In this document: one piece after another, positions 32,952-35,679 of the stretch
How positions within the stretch are numbered: the first letter of the stretch is position 1
Layout of the letters: each line of letters begins with the position of its first letter
Source: a virus
Lineage: Duplodnaviria > Caudoviricetes
Reading direction: 5' to 3' (one strand)
DNA: 35,679 nt
Virus record (IMG/VR): IMGVR_UViG_3300044216_004308
Span: 1-35,679 of that record
The notes under the pieces: generated by a model
Database searches by the model: none
Told to the model about the DNA's origin: nothing
The model's input: the letters and a program-made list of their open reading frames with translations, nothing else
Program-made: the position numbers and the translations under genes

Positions 32952-35679
32952 ATGAGTCAAAATAGAATAGATAACTTATTTGCTAGTGAGACATGGAGTT
33001 CGGTATATACTGCCTTCACAAACGTTAGCTTGAAAGCATATGACTTTGACACTATACGTGAAAGTCTTCTTGCTTATGTACAACAAACATATCCAGAAAA
33101 ATTTAATGATTTTATTGCAAGTTCTGAATTCATAGCAATTCTAGACCTTGTTGCATACCTAGGTCATTCTCTAGCATTTAGAAATGACATGAACACACGT
33201 GAAAACTTCTTAGATACTGCGGAACGCCGTTTAAGTATTTTACGTATGGCACAGACATTAGGTTATATAAAAACAAGACCAATCAATGCACGTGGTATGA
33301 TGAAAATCACAAGTGTATCAACTACAGAAGATGTATCAGACAACGAAGGCAATTCTCTCGCTGGTGTTGTTGTTAACTGGAACGATTCTAATGATGTAGA
33401 TTGGTATGAAAAATTTATTACAGTATTAAATTCATCTTTCGATAAAAATACAAAAATTCAAGACCCTAGTGCATCACTAACAATAGGTAATATAGAAAAC
33501 TATCTATATGAAGTAAATGAAAATCAAACTTCAAAATCTTTAGCATATGCATTTAGTTCGAATATAGCAGGTGGAAACAGAAGACTAGAAGCAGTACGTA
33601 CAGTTATTGAAAATGAAAAGATTATTGAAGGTGAACCTATAGGTGCTAGAAACTTTACAATATTAAACCGAAATGATAACCTAGGTCCAGCAAGTGATAG
33701 AACAGGTTTCTTTGTTACTGCAAAAGCAGGACAATTAAAAAGTGAAATATTTTCTTACTTAACAAAACTTTCAAATAGAGTAGAAATAATTGATGACGTT
33801 AATATTTCAAACTCAGATGTTTGGATTCAAAAATTTGATACATCATCAGGTGCATATGTATCATCAGTGTCAAAAGTTGATAACGATACCCGTGAAACTG
33901 CGATTTATAATTCATTAAGAACAGGAAGTGGTGACTTAGCAAGTATACATACTAATACTGATAACTCTATTGAAATTAGATATCCTGATGGTGTATTTGG
34001 TAATGCGGCTTTTGGTGATTATCGTGTTTGGTATAGAACATGCGATAATGAGAACTATACAATAAATTCAGGCGATATTGAAAATGCAAGTATTTCTATT
34101 CCATATATTGGTTCAGATGAAAAAGCATATAGATTAAATTTAACTTTAGCAAGTACACGTGACTTTGCTGAAAACTTTGCGGCTGAAACATTTACAAGTG
34201 TAAGAAGAATTGCACAAAAGGCTTACTACTCACAAGACAGAATGGTCAATGCACAAGACTATAATGTTTATCCATTAACTTTAGGTAATAATGTAATTGA
34301 AAAAATTAAATCAGTTAATACATCTTTTGCAGGTAACTCTCGTTACTTTGAAATGGACGATATAACAGGACATCATTCAGATTTAAGTATTACAGGAACA
34401 GACGGTTCAGTTTTTGTAGAAGATGAAGGTGGTTTACAACCAGACTATTCAGGTATATCTTTAGCTACACCAGTATATCCTAACTGGACAGATTCAATAA
34501 AGATTGCATTAAGTTTTAATAGAGACCATGGAAACGCATCAGACTTTATAAGAAATGAAGTTGTAAAAGCAATATCACACCCTGCATTAGTAACTCAATA
34601 CTTTTATCAATATAAAGATGATCCAAGTGTTAATATTCCAGTATCATCAACTGGTGGTGCTTATACAAAAAGTCCTTTAAATAATTTACAGATTGAAACT
34701 ACAAATCCTTTAGATGTTGAAGTTGGAGATTACATAAAAATAAAAGGACAATCAGATACGATTTATTATGCCAGAGTAGTACAAGTTGGTTCAAGTGATC
34801 CTGCTGAACTTATATTGGATAAAGTTATTACGGAAACAGGTGTTATTCAAACGATAACAAGAGACATTAGAAAGAAATTTACAGATGCAGAAATTACTGC
34901 AATTAAAACTGCTAAAATAGATGATGCAACGGTTGAGTCATTTACATTATTCTATGACTTAGTTGATGGCACGACTACTAAATGGGAATGGAAAATATGG
35001 GATGGCACAAGTGACATTACTGGTAAAATTCAAGTATTCTTAAAATACGATGCAGGAATGAGAACAAGTGAAGCCCAATATACTGCCCATGTAAAAGGTA
35101 AGAAGATTGTTTTTGAAAGTCTTGACCAAGTTAAGTTTTATTATGGCAATGAAGAAGTAGTTGTAGACAACGAAACTAACTTAGCTGAAAGAGACAAATT
35201 AGTAATCAATTATTATAATCCAGGTGATGCAACACCTACTACATCAAGTACAGTTGGTTCAGATGACATAACTATTGGTTATGCTCCAGTAAATACATAT
35301 CTTGATGACGGTTCAGGTGGTGCTACATTCAAAGCAAAATTTAAATATACAGGCGCAGAAGATACTCTTGAATTTGTAGAAAATAATCCTGCACAAGTAG
35401 GAAGTCCTACATACAAGCATTACTTAGTTTCACCAGCTGGTTTAACTTATGAATTAGCGGCAAGCACAATAACTTCACCAGCTTCACCAGATAATATTAT
35501 TGGTGCTACTCCTGATTATGAATTAGAATTTGCAGTACCAGATATATCACAATATGTATCTACACTAACAGATGTATCACTTAATAATACAGTAGCAGAC
35601 TCTACAGAAATAAATATTTCACCAGACCAAATGCCTGTTGTAACAGAAACAGATGCGGCAAACGTATATTCGGCAGTCT
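32952..35679 (+). CDS. gp6: Baseplate wedge subunit (gp6), 5' part, runs off the window end (not in the ORF track)
   Basis: MSQNRIDNLF...YDFDTIRESL...FNDFIASSEFIAILDLVAY...ENFLDTAERR.S.LR.A..LGY; later DGVFG and QDRMVNAQDY; follows gp25. Confidence 0.9.
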   Translation, partial: MSQNRIDNLFASETWSSVYTAFTNVSLKAYDFDTIRESLLAYVQQTYPEKFNDFIASSEFIAILDLVAYLGHSLAFRNDMNTRENFLDTAERRLSILRMAQTLGYIKTRPINARGMMKITSVSTTEDVSDNEGNSLAGVVVNWNDSNDVDWYEKFITVLNSSFDKNTKIQDPSASLTIGNIENYLYEVNENQTSKSLAYAFSSNIAGGNRRLEAVRTVIENEKIIEGEPIGARNFTILNRNDNLGPASDRTGFFVTAKAGQLKSEIFSYLTKLSNRVEIIDDVNISNSDVWIQKFDTSSGAYVSSVSKVDNDTRETAIYNSLRTGSGDLASIHTNTDNSIEIRYPDGVFGNAAFGDYRVWYRTCDNENYTINSGDIENASISIPYIGSDEKAYRLNLTLASTRDFAENFAAETFTSVRRIAQKAYYSQDRMVNAQDYNVYPLTLGNNVIEKIKSVNTSFAGNSRYFEMDDITGHHSDLSITGTDGSVFVEDEGGLQPDYSGISLATPVYPNWTDSIKIALSFNRDHGNASDFIRNEVVKAISHPALVTQYFYQYKDDPSVNIPVSSTGGAYTKSPLNNLQIETTNPLDVEVGDYIKIKGQSDTIYYARVVQVGSSDPAELILDKVITETGVIQTITRDIRKKFTDAEITAIKTAKIDDATVESFTLFYDLVDGTTTKWEWKIWDGTSDITGKIQVFLKYDAGMRTSEAQYTAHVKGKKIVFESLDQVKFYYGNEEVVVDNETNLAERDKLVINYYNPGDATPTTSSTVGSDDITIGYAPVNTYLDDGSGGATFKAKFKYTGAEDTLEFVENNPAQVGSPTYKHYLVSPAGLTYELAASTITSPASPDNIIGATPDYELEFAVPDISQYVSTLTDVSLNNTVADSTEINISPDQMPVVTETDAANVYSAV

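Noticed and set aside
1-35679. Stop-codon reassignment as seen in some large phages
   Set aside because: Conserved genes are full length in the standard code; the split genes are explained by frame changes, not in-frame stops.
1-35679. tRNA genes, integrase or transposase
   Set aside because: No cloverleaf or T-loop signature in the intergenic gaps and no recombinase motifs seen.

Overview
This window is a fragment of a large, AT-rich, T4-related myovirus-type phage genome, read in the standard code; the host is not determinable from the sequence. Minus strand 1-12916 carries tail-fibre-like genes, a complete T4-type head module (major capsid gp23, scaffold gp22, protease gp21, acidic core protein, portal gp20) and a probable tape measure protein. 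The middle holds a gp26-like chaperone, a ~470 nt ORF-free structured region, a Holliday-junction resolvase, small ORFs and a gp55 late sigma - gp47 - SDR - gp46 operon. Plus strand 20609-end is a baseplate cluster (gp53, hub, gp5-like spike with an M15 peptidase, lysozyme-like protein, gp25, gp6), interrupted by an opposite-strand block of small early genes and clpP. Main findings: (1) a candidate large ornate ncRNA at ~14120-14590; (2) two candidate programmed -1 frameshifts at A_AAU_UU(U/A) heptamers, one gp26->gp51-like and one joining two fibre ORFs; (3) a promoter- and terminator-bounded ~105 nt sRNA with anti-Shine-Dalgarno loops, upstream of an unannotated SutA-like RNAP-binding gene; (4) a 14-bp palindromic operator at all three divergent junctions heading baseplate operons. 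All family assignments come from motif recognition by eye, not database searches.
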